DNA of 63,577 bases, counting the filler, from Lenisia limosa (taxonomy: Eukaryota > Protista > Breviatea), in the NCBI GenBank assembly GCA_001655205.1. It is 13 parts of 13 records of this genome, joined end to end, with 100 filler letters (N's around TTAATTAATTAA, not from the genome) between each part and the next. Parts side by side here need not be neighbours in the genome. Positions count along the whole stretch, not along the records: positions 35,786 to 40,937 come from LPNZ01003931.1; positions 41,038 to 45,079 come from LPNZ01004999.1; positions 45,180 to 49,487 come from LPNZ01001073.1; positions 49,588 to 52,332 come from LPNZ01000724.1; 9 more parts are not named here. One strand, written 5' to 3'. The first letter of the stretch is position 1. Every line of letters starts with the position of its first letter. This document shows positions 35,927 to 49,629 of the stretch, one piece after another. The translations under genes were made by a program, and so were the position numbers. The notes beneath the pieces were generated by a model, which saw only the letters and a program-made list of their open reading frames with translations, was not told the origin of the DNA and did no database searches.

Positions 35927-38635
35927 TTGACAATCTGAGAAGTCCTCTGCTTCCTGCTTGAGTCTCAAAACTCGCCTTGTATTAGGTGCACCTGAAAGTG
36001 NNNNNNNNNNNNNNNNNNNNNNNNNNNNNNNNNNNNNNNNNNNNNNNNNNNNNNNNNNNNNNNNNNNNNNNNNNNNNNNNNNNNNNNNNNNNNNNNNNNN
36101 NNNNNNNNNNNNNNNNNNNNNNNNNGTGAAAAAATGTGAGTAAGGAATGGTGATCCAATGTATAATGTGGTGATGAAAGGGTAATTTGTCACCAATTTCA
36201 AGTTTAATCATTTAATTTCATCAAAAGTGAATTGTAATGGGCAAAATAACAAAAAGAATAAAAAAACAAAATACAAAACCACTTGAGCATCCAAAAAAGA
36301 CTGAATTCTCGATAAATCTTCGATAAATAATCGTATTTTACACGTCTTTTGGAACCGAAAATAAACAACCAGGCTCACAAGTATCCGGATCGGGCAATTC
36401 CACAATTCCAACAATTTCGTCATCTAGGCCCTGGAAGAACCCGGTGTGACTGTCCGCAAAACCGTAGGATGGAAGGGTCATGATAAGGTCATCAGACTAT
36501 GGGGTGAGATATTTGGAGATGATATTATCTATCATATTATCAAACATATCACCTGTCTATCATATGATGCTTAACTATGAAACGTAAGCCAATATAAAAA
36601 TACAAAATATCTTAGTAAATATGATATGGTGTGGCGAGATACAACCTTATTTGTTATTTCTCATTGCTATATTATATAATATGGAGACAAGGATGGGGCA
36701 GCCTGACTCCCCACCCCCCCGCGACCTAAAGAATACACAAATAATACGGCTTAACCAAANNNNNNNNNNNNNNNNNNNNNNNNNNNNNNNNNNNNNNNNN
36801 NNNNNNNNNNNNNNNNNNNNNNNNNNNTTAAAAAAAAAAAAAGCTTCAGTTGTATTTTTAAGTTTTAGAAGAATTTTTGAAAAATAGAGGGGTCATCTAC
36901 GAGTTTAAAAACAAGTGGACGTCACCACCCACCGGTGCCGGTTGAAGCACCTGCTTCCAGTCGTAGTCCATGCCGTCGTTATCGTCAGCGTCTCCTTCTC
37001 CTCCGTCCTCGAACTCGGAGGAACCTGAACGGGTAAATGGAATGACCCTGTAAACAGGTCCCATTATAATTGTTTGATTAATTGATCCCAGATAGGTCAT
37101 CCTATTAATACTGTGTGCAAGAGGAGGGTAATGCAACGTCATAATCAGTATTCCTTTTCAACGTGGTGGGAGACTGAGAACTCAAACGAGAATAAACATT
37201 TAAATCATGCGGTTAATAGATCCTTTCAAATGAAACAAAGTCATATATTGATACTATACTATATAATTATATATACATATGATATACTGTATATAGTACA
37301 TAATAATATGTATACTAATATATAATATATCTATTTACAATACTCATAGGAACCCCAAGTCAATGCGTCGTAGTGTTCCTAAGAAACCCAAGTCGATGAA
37401 TTCACTAGATCCACCATATTATTCACCAGAATCCCAAGGCAATGAACATAGTATATATTCCCGCCATATTTTCCATCAGAATCCCAAGTTAATGCGGCGG
37501 CGTAGATACCCCACGAACCAACAACCTCCACCATCGGTTTTCCCATGGTATTCTGCTTTGGCGGGGCCAGAAGGGTTGAAATCATGCCAAGATCTGGGAA
37601 GAATCGTCCAGGGTCCTTTTTGGGGATCTTCACGGTCACCCATCCTGAAAAGGCAAATTAGGTATCAAATAAACCAACACGGATATTGAGCTTTCTGCAC
37701 TAATCAGGATAAGTCCCTTAGAATGATATCATATGCATTTAATAGCCCTGGGCAACACTTTCAATACTAGAATAGTCCAAAATTTCACTTAGAATAGTAG
37801 AAAAAATACTCGAAAAATAATAATCGACGGTCTTTTTTGGACCAAAGTGAGACCCTGAATAGCACTTAGAATTGCACCCCCAAACCAGTTGCGCGATTGT
37901 AGGACCCAGATTCGCGTCCATCTTCAACAATCTCATGGGGGAAGTTCAATCTGCTTGTTTGAGGATTGTACAAATCAATTAATGAATTAAAATACTGTGC
38001 TTCTCAAAAGACCCTTTAGTGTTGTTGAGTGGGGAGTGTAAGAAATCGCAAGATTTGTGTCCAGGAAGCAACATACTCTTTAACCCAAGCAATGCTCTTA
38101 GATCAATGAATGTACACAATACACCAACACGCCTACAAAAACTTACATCTTTTTATGGATTCATATTGTTCAAAAGACAGTCGGTGAACATAGCGATATT
38201 TATCAAAAATATTCCAGACTTTTTTTTTGCAAAAACGTAGGGAATCCCAAGTTTCAACCCAAACCTGAGGAAATAGGGCTTGCAATAGAACTTGAAAATG
38301 GTTTCTTCGAAGTAAAAGTCAAGATTGTCAACCTAGAAACAGTAACAAAGAATATCACCTTGAAATATCAACAATAAAGCGAATAAAAGTATCAACCTGG
38401 AAAAAGTAAGGAAAAGAAATGTGTTACCCTGATAAAGTTACAGTTTAAACAGAAATAGTGAATAAGCCAATACTTGAATGGATAAAAAGTAACATGTCCA
38501 TCTTCAATAATCTAATGATTAGGATGAGGACATTGCACATGCCCCAAACATGCCCCAAACCTTAACATATGGCACGTAAAGATGGGCCACAATAAAGTTG
38601 TCCTCTTGCTCCAGCTTAAACTTTGGAGTCAGCAT
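35927..38635 (-). CDS. SHQ1: SHQ1 H/ACA RNP assembly factor, 5' part
   Basis: MLTPKFKLEQEDNFIVAHLYVPYVK|VDNLDFYFEETIFKFYCKPYFL..FPHEIVEDGRESGSY..TVKIPKKDPGRFFPDLGMISTLLAP..DYDWKQ..YGFADSHTGFFQGLDDE. Confidence 0.9.
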
Positions 38636-38860
38636 GACTGATCTCAGTCAGGTGGTGGAAACTGCTGTTGAAGGATATCCTGACACTATCACCTAATTTG
38701 ACTTCAAAAAGCTTGTGTAAATATAAGACGGTGAAGAGATCGAAAAGAGGCTCGCTTAGAGAAAAATTGTTTTTGAATTATATTTTCATGGGACCTCCTC
38801 ATAACACTTCCTATTAAAAAGCCCCCTTCGATCCCCTTTTCAGCCTTTGTCACACAAACA

Positions 38861-40937
38861 ATGTCATTTATAGCCAGTGTGACGAACAAGGAGATTCTTC
38901 CTTCGATAATCGGAAAACTTGCCGGTTGGAGATGATCAGTATTTTCATATGAAACAAACGACCCTCTTTACTACTTCAATTTTCATTATATCACGAAATT
39001 AGACAGTTAATTTAATATCTGCTTTACATCACTCATGGTATTGCATTTCCCTACATTTGTCTTGTTTCATGTTTTTGTTTTCACGTAATTGGACAGCATA
39101 CTATAATCCAATATCTGTGATAATCATGATTGTATGGACGGTTTCGGCCAAATACAACCTTGTTTTATTCCTCATCTCAATATGCTCAGATGGTATGTCC
39201 GTGGAAGAAGCAGCGAGGACTGCTCTTGAACACCCTCAGCTCTTTGTCTTTGGAGAGGTTTTGGAATTCCCCCAAATGGAGGCTTTGAAGGTGGGGACTA
39301 GGGCTTCACTCCAGTCCAAATAATATTGATGGTTAGACATAACATATTTATCGATATTATTCGAGAATTTGTCGAGATATTCAGGCTATCCTTTTCCAGG
39401 CAGTGGTAAAATATGGTACCTCTTTCTACTCGTGTGATAATTAGACGAGCATGAGGTTTCAACCCGTGTTATTATTGTATCATAATATACATGTATTAAT
39501 GCGTTTGGACAAAGAAATGATTTTTCATCATCTTCAGGAAACCTCCCCTGCTCTCTTTGCTACATTGGAGCTGTTTGCTTATGGTACAACAAAGGACTTT
39601 GAAGGTATGCAATTACCCCATTATCATTTCCCCATTTAGATACCCGCTATTTACTTTTCCATTGATATAGAACTCTCCGCACACACCGCTTTTTTATTAT
39701 CATATCATATATATAGTCCCCCACGTACCTCTTCTCACATCCCATAAAAGTAAAGCCCCGTTAGATCTTGTTGACCCATTTCTAGAATCACCACAAAAGT
39801 TTATTGAGCTTTCTCCGTGGACAGCCGAGAAGCTGAAAATGCTCTCTCTCATTACAGCCATTTCCAAAGGAAGGGTATGATATCGGGGATCATTATTAGT
39901 TGAACTTGCTTTATTTGGTTGATTTTAGTCATTTTATCTTTTTAAAAAGACAATAGAAGAAAAAAACAAATACAGTCGAGTATTTTGGGCATCTTTCGAT
40001 TATTTTGGAACAGGACCATATCCAATCAGTCTTTTTGTCAAGATATTCATGACAACGAGATATGTACGATCATTAGAATATGACCTTCCAGCCCACCCCA
40101 TACGACTCTATCGCAGAACTTGCGGTTTCGTCAAATGATGATGAGGTAGGAGTAGCTTCACTTTAGTTCAGCTCGACTATAACTGATAACGACATGACAA
40201 AGTGTTTTCGATCTGTGACTGAACCTAAATAAAACACTGATAAATATCAAAAATTTTACTGCTCTATTTTGGACCATAGGGAAGCCCCATATATGACAGA
40301 CTTACATGTTGTAATTTCATCACGAGAATATGGTACTGTATCATATTATGAGTATTGATAGTCACTGTATAAACTTTATTAGTTTGAAAGTTAGTATTTT
40401 TATATTATAAATGCTTGTATAATATATCATTTGTAGTAATTACTTACTAATTATGAATGAACGCAGATAGTTATGTGTATGTGTACAGAGTTAAAGGCAA
40501 ATGACTGGGTGAATGAACATTATACTCTGATCATGATGATGGGAACGGCTTCGGTCAGTGGTTCTCACCTTTAGGAATATTAACTGAATTAGGTTGAAAG
40601 CGTGGTTCTGGGAAGTATCACCAAGGGGCTGATTTCAGGTGAGAGTTTGAGTAATTGCGATTTGAAAGTCTTTGAAATGGTTTTCACTTTGAAAGTCTTT
40701 GTGCCTCCATTTATGTCAATGCCCCCCTCCCCCTTTTTGGGATGCGGTGCTGCAGAAGGATCTGCTTGGGCTTTTTGTTTGTTTTGTTGTTATCAACCCT
40801 CGGATGTTGTTAGCCAACATAGTTAATTTGGGCTGTTTTTTTATTTCATAACTTTTCCAATGTTAACCTCCCCCTTACAGGCTCCCTCGATGCCCGAACA
40901 CGGTCTGTGATAGTAACTGAGTCGATGCATCGAGACG
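38861..40937 (+). CDS. PCI-domain protein, COP9 signalosome subunit 7 / eIF3m-like, partial
   Basis: AARTALEHPQLFVFGEVLEFP, LFATLELFAYGT, EKLKMLSLIT, SITKGLIS|GSLDARTRSVIVTESMHRD follow the CSN7 motif order. Confidence 0.8.
40738..40880 (+). repeat. Repeat B copy ending at a CSN7 3' splice site
   Basis: gggatgcggtgctgcagaagg...ttcataacttttccaatgttaacctcccccttacag|gctccctcgat; the next exon restores GSLD in frame. Confidence 0.88.
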
Positions 40938-41729
40938 NNNNNNNNNNNNNNNNNNNNNNNNNNNNNNNNNNNNNNNNNNNNTTAATTAATTAANNNNNNN
41001 NNNNNNNNNNNNNNNNNNNNNNNNNNNNNNNNNNNNNACATGTTGAGTCTTGATGGCATTCCGAGCTCCCGTAAGGGCTTGGAAATTGCCTCGTAGTTAC
41101 CATGGATATCGCCAATGACGTTCACTCTTGCAGTCAAAGGGGCTTTGATCTACCATGTTAGAAGACATGGAATACAGTTATTCAAAACACATTTGATGAA
41201 GCTTATAATAGTGTGCTAAAAGACTGTACGGGGTTCTCTCTATGATGTTTCATGTAATTTTCAATGTAAAAAAAAACAATTAAACAACAAAACAGCTATT
41301 TAACNNNNNNNNNNNNNNNNNNNNNNNNNNNNNNNNNNNNNNNNNNNNNNNNNNNNNNNNNNNNNNNNNNNNNNNNNNNNNNNNNNNNNNNNNNNNNNNN
41401 NNNNNNNNNNNNNNNNNNNNNNNNNNNNNNNNAACTCTAAGTTTGCGAAATGCAATACTCAAATTAGCACCGACTCAAATTTCTCATTACAAAGGCTGCC
41501 ATACATGAAACAATTAAGAAGTAGTACGTATGCTAAGCCCTGACATAATTAAAAAAATAAAGCTTAATCTATGTCAAGACTTACTAGGCTCAGTGTAAGC
41601 ATTTTGTGACAGTTTACAAAAAAAATAATGAATTATCAACTTGGAATATGATACTGCAGAAAATTTCAGTTTCTTGATATCATAAAATGGTTTAAAAATG
41701 GTTTAAAAAGCTAACTTGAATGACGGAAT

Positions 41730-44230
41730 CAACGGTTCGGATAGGTCATCAGGGGTCACGGGGTGCGGTAGAGGCTCTGTTGATTCTGAGACTTCTTCCA
41801 TCAGCTCCTGCCAGGCCATATTCATTATCATCGCCATGATCTGAAATTTCGATAAAGAAGATTGGCGCAAAGGTACTAAACACGAACCGAATAATCTGAA
41901 AACAAACAAAAAACAAGCAATGGTAAAAATTGAAAATTTATGAAACAAAATAAGGCCAAAATCAACAAAAATGAAAAATTACGAACGAAAATGGTGGCGG
42001 ACGGTGTAAATGAAAACTATTTACATCCCCCACACACACCCCTCCCTAGAATTAACAATATATTGGCAAAATTGATGAGGTAAACATGTAGTACATGTAG
42101 TATATATTTATGATTGGAACAAAAAAGCATAGTATCTGACCACCATCACGCTAACAAGAGGTATTGAAATATAAGCTAACTAATAACACTACACCTAACC
42201 CTGTGTAATTATAATACTAGAATCAAATGATATTGTTTTAATTCATCTCCATCCCCCATACCTTCCCTCGTTTCGAAGACGAAGTCAGTCGGTGAATAGA
42301 CATCTCAACTGTATCCCACCCTCTGTCAATCTATCCCGTCAAATCGTGGTAAAAAAAATGCAATTTTATCCGTCCGTTCAAAGTCTTATGGCGTGACAAA
42401 GTCGAAAATAAAGGATTGTTAGAGAGTCCCCTCTTACAAGTTCAGCCAGGTCATGATCTGACATTCCATCCTTCTGTTGAGTGCCTGTCAGAACTAGAAA
42501 TTATCATGACAGACAAATGTGAGCAAGTATCAGCTGGACAGACATTATTCTATCAAAAGACAGAGAGGAAATCTGATATAATCTGAGAGAAACATTGTAA
42601 AATTGGGTATTTCTAAAAATTAAAAATGATATACAATTTATATATTTCTTGTTTTTACAGAAGTGTCTGTAACATACTCACACAGGAAATACGAAGGAGT
42701 AAAAATTGAAAATTAATGACACATAAACAAAAACATAATCTTAACAAAGCTGGCATAACAAACATAATCTTAATCTTAACAAAGCTGGCATAACAAACAT
42801 AATCTTAACAAAGCTGGCATAACAAACATAGTCTTAACAAAGCTGGCATAATTGCACTTTCCACAGTGTTATACTTTTCAATCAAAACACCAGTTTACCA
42901 GAGCGCTGAGTGCAAACCACATATCAAGCACCCCTCTCCCCCTCTCCGCCGCCAAAAGATGTCAAGGAATTGAAAGAAAAGTGCCCCCCCCCCCCNNNNN
43001 NNNNNNNNNNNNNNNNNNNNNNNNNNNNNNNNNNNNNNNNNNNNNNNNNNNNNNNNNNNNNNNTTTGAGAAAATACACAACTGAAGAGCCTGGAGAGGGA
43101 GGAAGGTGAAAGGATGCAGCGGTGCGAGAGAGTTTCGGTAGAATCCTCTTCCCTCCGCGGTGAAATCCTAGCGCAATTCCATCAAAGAAAATGGCCCATA
43201 AGTCCGTTTATTGTGGAAATGTAGGTGAATAAATCAAATAAAGAGTGCAAGTGGGAGTATTAAGTGCGAGCTCAGATAAAAGAGTGAAGAACACCATAAG
43301 AAGAATGTTCAAGAAGGAAAGAGCGGAGGCGGTTACATGGAATTCCTTCATATTCAAATGGTTCAGCAATGAAATGTGTCAACAAGAGGCCAGAAGAAGG
43401 ATCAGAAGAGCATGTACAGAGCACAAAAATGAGATGACAATACCCCAAAGAAGTTACCCTGTGTTCATTTACAAGATATTCCAGCATTAATGGTAGATAT
43501 GGCCAAGACAAAATGCATTTTTGGGCTATTGAAGAACGGCAATGCAAACAGGTGAAATCCCCATACGTTGTACAGAGCAGAAGCAGTGTGACCAGACTTA
43601 ACCGCTGCAGCATTGCTGCTCACACAATGCTCAAGACGCCTAGCTGGCCAAGCCTCACTCCAAAGGCTAAGAGGTCAAAAGAATGGGCACGGATGACAAC
43701 CCGCTTGTGCTCTAAAAGCAACAATAGGCCCTTATTTAACAGATTATGAAGCTAGAACTACTTAAAGCGGCGATGTTAGAAAGCTAAAAGGAACTATGCC
43801 AAGAATGACGGTGCCAGTTGTGGGGAGAGACCGGACCAATAATACCCGCCCCCGCACAACTGACCCCATATCCGACCAACTTGTGCCAAGTCTTCACTGC
43901 TTCCATGTGTCTGTCAGTGTCCAGCCTAACAGCGTCTGTGTGTGTGTGTGTGTTTTTTATTTTTATTTTATGTTTTGACCTTGTTTGACTTTTTGATGTT
44001 TTGACTTGACTATCCCAAGTCACCAGATACCCAAATATATTTCATTGAAATTCAAAGTTATAAAATTACATATCTATCTATAATATTGATATCTATCACT
44101 GTCAACTAATACAAAAACAGCCTAGAAAAGTGAGCATTGGCCTAGGGGCACGGATCACCATGTCCAAGCATATCAAGGCTTTCAAGTGGAGCACCAGGAG
44201 TTCCTGGGTGTCAATTCACGGATGCAAAAA
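41730..44230 (-). CDS. Hypothetical multi-exon protein, partial
   Basis: Open exons HKRVVIRAHSFDLLAFGVRLGQLG, KEFHVTASALSFLNILLMVFFTLLSEL, DLWAIFFDGIALGFHRGGKRILPKL, LTGTQQKDGMSDHDLAEL. Family not recognised. Confidence 0.45.
42733..42851. repeat. 29-bp minisatellite, ~4 copies
   Basis: Unit acataatcttaacaaagctggcataacaa. Confidence 0.9.
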
Positions 44231-44969
44231 AAAAGGTAAAATTCAGAAGGTGCAAATGTGCATTTTTGGGTAAGATGACGAATATTCTTAATATATCTTC
44301 ATATTTGAAAATAAAACTCATCAAAAATAGTCTAACCAATTTGAAACAAAAAAAGGTGTTATTGATAGGCTTCACTTCGATTCAATAAGCGACTGAATCT
44401 CTCGATAAATCTTCGATAAATATCGATATTTAATCAGTCTTTTTCGAACCGAAGTGCAGAAGCCAAAGTTATTGACAAGATACAAGGCACGTTATAGGTA
44501 ATCACATTATATTCCGTGACAAACGGGGATGGTAAAACTACGTAACAGGAAGGGGGGGGATGCAATATGGGGTGAAATCATCAAACTGAGAAATTCACTT
44601 CCGATTCCCTGCCGATTCCAGAAAAGACTGACTTTGTTATCAATCCCGAAGTGAATTTTACAAAAAAAAAAACAATAATAAATATCGATATTGTCCATTG
44701 GAAATGAAAGTAAAGCACTGTAGGAAGAAACAAACACCTCCACACCTCTCAAACTGCAGGCATTGAAGATGTAATGATGCGTCATTGACTAGGGTATTAA
44801 TCAGTATAAAATGTTCGGAAGTGGAGGGATATAACCCAGCTAATTAGACAAAATGGTAATTTTGCCACGTATTTTTTTCCAATAGCACACGATTGTTTTT
44901 TATAGTCTTCTATTGTTCTTGCCCGCCATGTATCCCCCAAGGTTTATTGTAAAGGAGTCCTTCAACACC

Positions 44970-45069
44970 ATCGGCTTCACTTCGGTTCGAAAAAGCCCAG
45001 GAAAATATCGATAGTTTTCGAGGATTTATCGAGAAATTCAGACATTTTTCGAACCGAAATGAAGCCCAA
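44970..45069. mobile_element. hAT-type MITE
   Basis: ggcttcacttcggttcgaaaaag...ttttcgaaccgaaatgaagccc; flanks share acacc. Confidence 0.82.
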
Positions 45070-45219
45070 GTTACACCCCNNNNNNNNNNNNNNNNNNNNN
45101 NNNNNNNNNNNNNNNNNNNNNNNTTAATTAATTAANNNNNNNNNNNNNNNNNNNNNNNNNNNNNNNNNNNNNNNNNNNNTGAAAACAACAAAGCCCAAGA
45201 TCCATCCGCTTCAACATCA

Positions 45220-48200
45220 CCACATCCCAAACTCCAATAAAGACTGTATCGGCTAAAGACGTCCACACCATCAGTTTGTAAATATTTTTTGAAAAATAGC
45301 ATTCTGGGGTATACCATGAGCTCCAACTCACAATTGCCCCTTGTTCCTTTGCATTATAGAGCGACACTACTTGGCTAGTGCTGAGGGTTGAATAGTACTG
45401 TCTGACCTGATTGGGAAGGGTGAAGACAATTCAGAATCCCAATTTTTATCTTCAAGCAATATCATTTTAAGACCTGGATGTGAGTATGGTAAAAAGGGAT
45501 TTCTGACCGAAGCCACCACTCATATTTGGGCTTCACTTCGGTTAGAGAAACATGAGTGAATTTCTCAATCAATCTTCGAAATAGTAACACAGTATCATTT
45601 TAAAAGGCTAGTTACAACTTCAATACAGAAAAGGAAAGAACAACATGCGCCTTTTGTGTACGTAATGCAATAGCTTTTATCCCAAGAATAGCTTTTTTAT
45701 TCTCAAAAAAAAAACACGAACGAAATATAAGATTGTTTTTATGATATAATGTCAATATGTCAGCTTACGTAAGTGAACGATGTTCCAGTTTTGGCGCTCC
45801 AATTAATGTCATTTACACGTGTGCAGGCATTGTTACCGTAGCCGCCGAAGAAAATAAGTTTGTCGCTTGCTGGAGAGTGAGGACATCGATATGTATATTT
45901 CTGTATAGAGGTTTTATCAGGGAAAATTATTTTTGGGAAAGAAAGAAGCATGATGAAATAACAGAAGAGATATGATATACAGAATCAGTGGCAGATGAGA
46001 ATCTTAAAAAGGCAACATCAGCCTTCCATGGATAGGAATAGGGCTTCCCTCGGGTCCTGAGAAAGCCTAGATTGCCCCTATAAAACCTCGAATAATTTCG
46101 ATTTTAGCGATTTTCTGACAGAAGGGAAGCCGGTGATATTGATTATAATAAAAGCAATAGAATAGGAATCAGTCAAACCTGCAGGAAGGGTGCTATGCGA
46201 GATAGTTTTGACAAGTTCGCCATTTATATAGAGACCAGTGGATGATGACGCAATTGCCGCCACAATATGCACGGGTTCACCAACGACAGGCTCTGATGTG
46301 AGTGAGAATAATGTTGTGTGTAGTATTTGAACTAGGTTGCGAATATGAAGTGAATAGGAAGCAACCCCTCTGATGAGTGGGAATCTGATTAAGAAAAGAG
46401 ATTTGAAGGATCTAATCTAACATAAGAGAAAACACCAAAAGGCACCCGAATAGAACTCCACACAACTCCCTGCAAAAGTCTCAATTTAGCCCACAAACTC
46501 TTTGCAAAGCCACTCATTGAAAACGGGTTGGAGTTGGTACTTGAAGAGTAGAATTGAACTGTTTCGGGTCCTTGCTAAGCCATAAGTCAAATAGGCGGGG
46601 TCACAAGTTTTTTTTTTTATGGTGAAGTAACGGTGAATTAAAAACCTAGGGAGGCACGTAGAAAGTTGTATGGGTTGTGAAGCAAATGATTAGGGGAGTT
46701 GATAGTATACTACATAGTCGAATATCTCTTATAAACACAGTATCGTCGGTTTTTACTTGGTACTTCTCTTTATTGCACATTTCTAGGTAGCATGGATTCA
46801 AGAATTTTTGGAAGGGTATCCACAACAATCAAACCTAATGGAAAATGCAAAAAGTCATCAGAATAGTAATATCCGCAACTCCGCGCACAAGTAAATCATG
46901 ATCGTACACCCCCGTCCCCCACGAATGTAATGATGAGAGGGTAGCTTTGGGAAGGATGGCAGAATCCTATAATGCCTTCACCATTCATGGACGCGGGTGT
47001 CATTAAAATCTAGAAAGTTAGCTCTTCATACTGTAATGGGTTACTAATGATCTGGTAAAGAAAAGATATCTTATCATATATGATATATGATACATCTTCC
47101 AATTTTCAAGAGAATTGTCTGTTGACGGGTGGTGAGCCGAGTATCAATTGATCTTTACCGAGAGCAACAGCAACAGCTAAGAATGGTCTTAGTGTAGCTC
47201 ATGTAACATACCTCAACCGTCATCTGTGATTTGACATCAGCAACTGCAGTTGTATAACCTGCGAATAGATAAGAGAAGTTGCTTTGAAGTGATAATCTAC
47301 AAACCAGTGTTGCATATTCACTGCTGAAATGATGTGTAATATTTACTTTACAAAACTTATTTAATAACACTTAAAAACTTAAGCTGGAGGGCAGTTTAAG
47401 ATCCATACCACTATCAGCAGTTGATACCAGTGCGTATCTGGCCAAAAGACTGTGGGTCTGAAACCCGCAGCAAACATCAGAAAAGCAGGTCTGGATTTAG
47501 TAAGACAAGTTGTTATATTTCATCACAAAGAATAGGCATGTTGTTGAGGACGGCCAGATACCAATTATTATTTATGTCACATTTCTACAGAGGAAGACAA
47601 AAAAATTGTTGTAAAAATGAACAGCCTATCTGTTTCATCTTGATAGAGGTGAAAATGAAAGCCACAGCACACTCAACAATATTGACCTTTGTCATCTACT
47701 ACTCACCTGAGTGGCATAAACCCCAGAAGATGGTACTTCAAACGAGGTGAGATTTGCCGCAAAGTGGTCCGCTGAAATGGCAACTTCTGTCCATACAAAT
47801 TCTGATTGTTGGCGGATCTGAGACGTTAAAACTGCTTCTTTGGTTTTTGCAATACGTGTATACACCTCACTCTCATTGGAAAGAAAGGACGTTACCTGGG
47901 GCTTCACTTCGGTCCGAAAAATACCGGTAAAATATCGATAATTTTCCAAGATTTATCGAGAAAATCAGTCTTTTTTTCAAACCGAAATGAAGCCCTAACG
48001 TTACCCCCCACAAAGACTTTGCCCAGTGCCGGGTCATTTTGCTTATGGAACGGAGAGAGGTCAAAGAAGAGCTCGCTCCGCGTTAAGTTCATGACCACTG
48101 CTGGTGTGCAAGCTTGATGGTGTAAATTAAAAGATATGATGTATATACAGTGACTGGGATAAGTCTTGACCGATTTGCTTTGAGATTTCCACAGTAAAAC

Positions 48201-49340
48201 AGGTCAAGAATTATCCCGGTCACTGTAATATACCCAAGACACTGCTTTGCAGTACTTATGATTCATAAGATAACAACTTTAGATGTTATACACTGCTTTG
48301 CAGTACTATGATTCATAAGATAACAATTTGTTCATTGTTCACTTCAAAAAAAGATGGTCAAATATCGATATGAGGGAGGATTTATCAATAATTTTCTTTT
48401 TATTTCGGGACCTAGGCACCCGTTTCAACCCCGCATACCAGATCTGGCCTCAATCGACTTCAAAGTTTCCCCAAGGTCCTTTCCTACAAATCAGAAAAGT
48501 CAAATAGTGGTTTATATGTACAGGCACCAACATCCCATCTTACAACTCCGTACATAGAGCTTCTACACTACCCCCAGACCTTGGAAAGTGACCAGGTCAC
48601 CCAGGTTGACGTTCTTATCAGTACCGACATGAATGTAACTCTCAACTTCAAAACTAAAACTGTAACCAAAGAACAGGACCATTCCCAATCAATACTGATT
48701 CATTCAAAAATGTCAAACAGATGTCCACAATTTTCATATATAATCCATATTATTACTTCAAATTATAGTAAAATGCCAGTGATTAAACAAGGTGTTTAAA
48801 TGGTTTAATTGTTGTACAATCAATTTTCCTAGACCAGTTCGGATAAATATGAACCTGAAGGACGAAAGATATATTTTGCTGCCATTGGCGAAATGAGGTT
48901 CCTAAACTAATCTTTTTTTTACATCCATATACCCTGAAAATAGGATGAATAGCACCAGAAGAAGCTTCAAGCCCACAGAAACCATCTTCAAATCCGATCT
49001 TAGAACTTATCCTCTCGTTGGCTGCTTGCAAAAATAAATAAAAAAAACAAGGAGATATGTTTCAAAATTTCAAAAAAGTTCCAAATTTTTCAAATTTTCG
49101 GGTAGAGTTGGCGTTGACGCCATGAATATTTAACAAAAATTTCCCTGCCCCTTTGCCCCAGCTTTGCCCCTTTGCACCTGGAATGGGAGAATAGACTATT
49201 TTTATACTTTATTTATCGGGAATTGTTCTGGAATTGTCGAATCAGAACAGGCTTTTGTTTCTGATCCCTGCCTCTTTGTTCTCTGAGTCCCATTCGCTGC
49301 AGCAGCCTTCACCTTCCTGTAAGCTGAAAGTTTGACACCG
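45220..49340 (-). CDS. Large multi-exon protein with a LamG/concanavalin-A-like segment, partial
   Basis: GEPVHIVAAIASSSTGLYINGELVKT resembles the LamG_3 H.A......LY.NG motif; further open exons such as ESEVYTRIAKTKEAVLTSQIRQQSEFVWTEV. Confidence 0.5.
47897..47997. mobile_element. hAT-type MITE with a perfect 8-bp TSD, abutting a possible splice acceptor
   Basis: acgttacc|tggggcttcacttcgg...atgaagcccta|acgttacc. Confidence 0.92.
48148..48225. mobile_element. Tc1/mariner-type MITE (78 bp)
   Basis: ta|cagtgactgggataagtcttgacc...ggtcaagaattatcccggtcactg|ta. Confidence 0.88.
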
Positions 49341-49629
49341 TTCAATCTATTCGTCAGTATAAAGGATCCTCCATTTCCATTTCAACCAATCTTTTGGTCA
49401 CAATTTCATTTTTGTAACTGTGTTTTTTTTTTTGCTTTGGAGTTTTAGATGACAGTTGAAAGCAAGCCTTTACTTCTCCCCATCATCNNNNNNNNNNNNN
49501 NNNNNNNNNNNNNNNNNNNNNNNNNNNNNNNTTAATTAATTAANNNNNNNNNNNNNNNNNNNNNNNNNNNNNNNNNNNNNNNNNNNNAAAAAAAGCGTTT
49601 TTTCCTTCTTGAGAACAAAGTATGTGGAT

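Noticed and set aside
48783-49031. Discoidin (F5/8C) domain suggested by FRVYGC
   Set aside because: VYGC probably lies in an intron (gtatatgg donor) and no other discoidin motifs were found.
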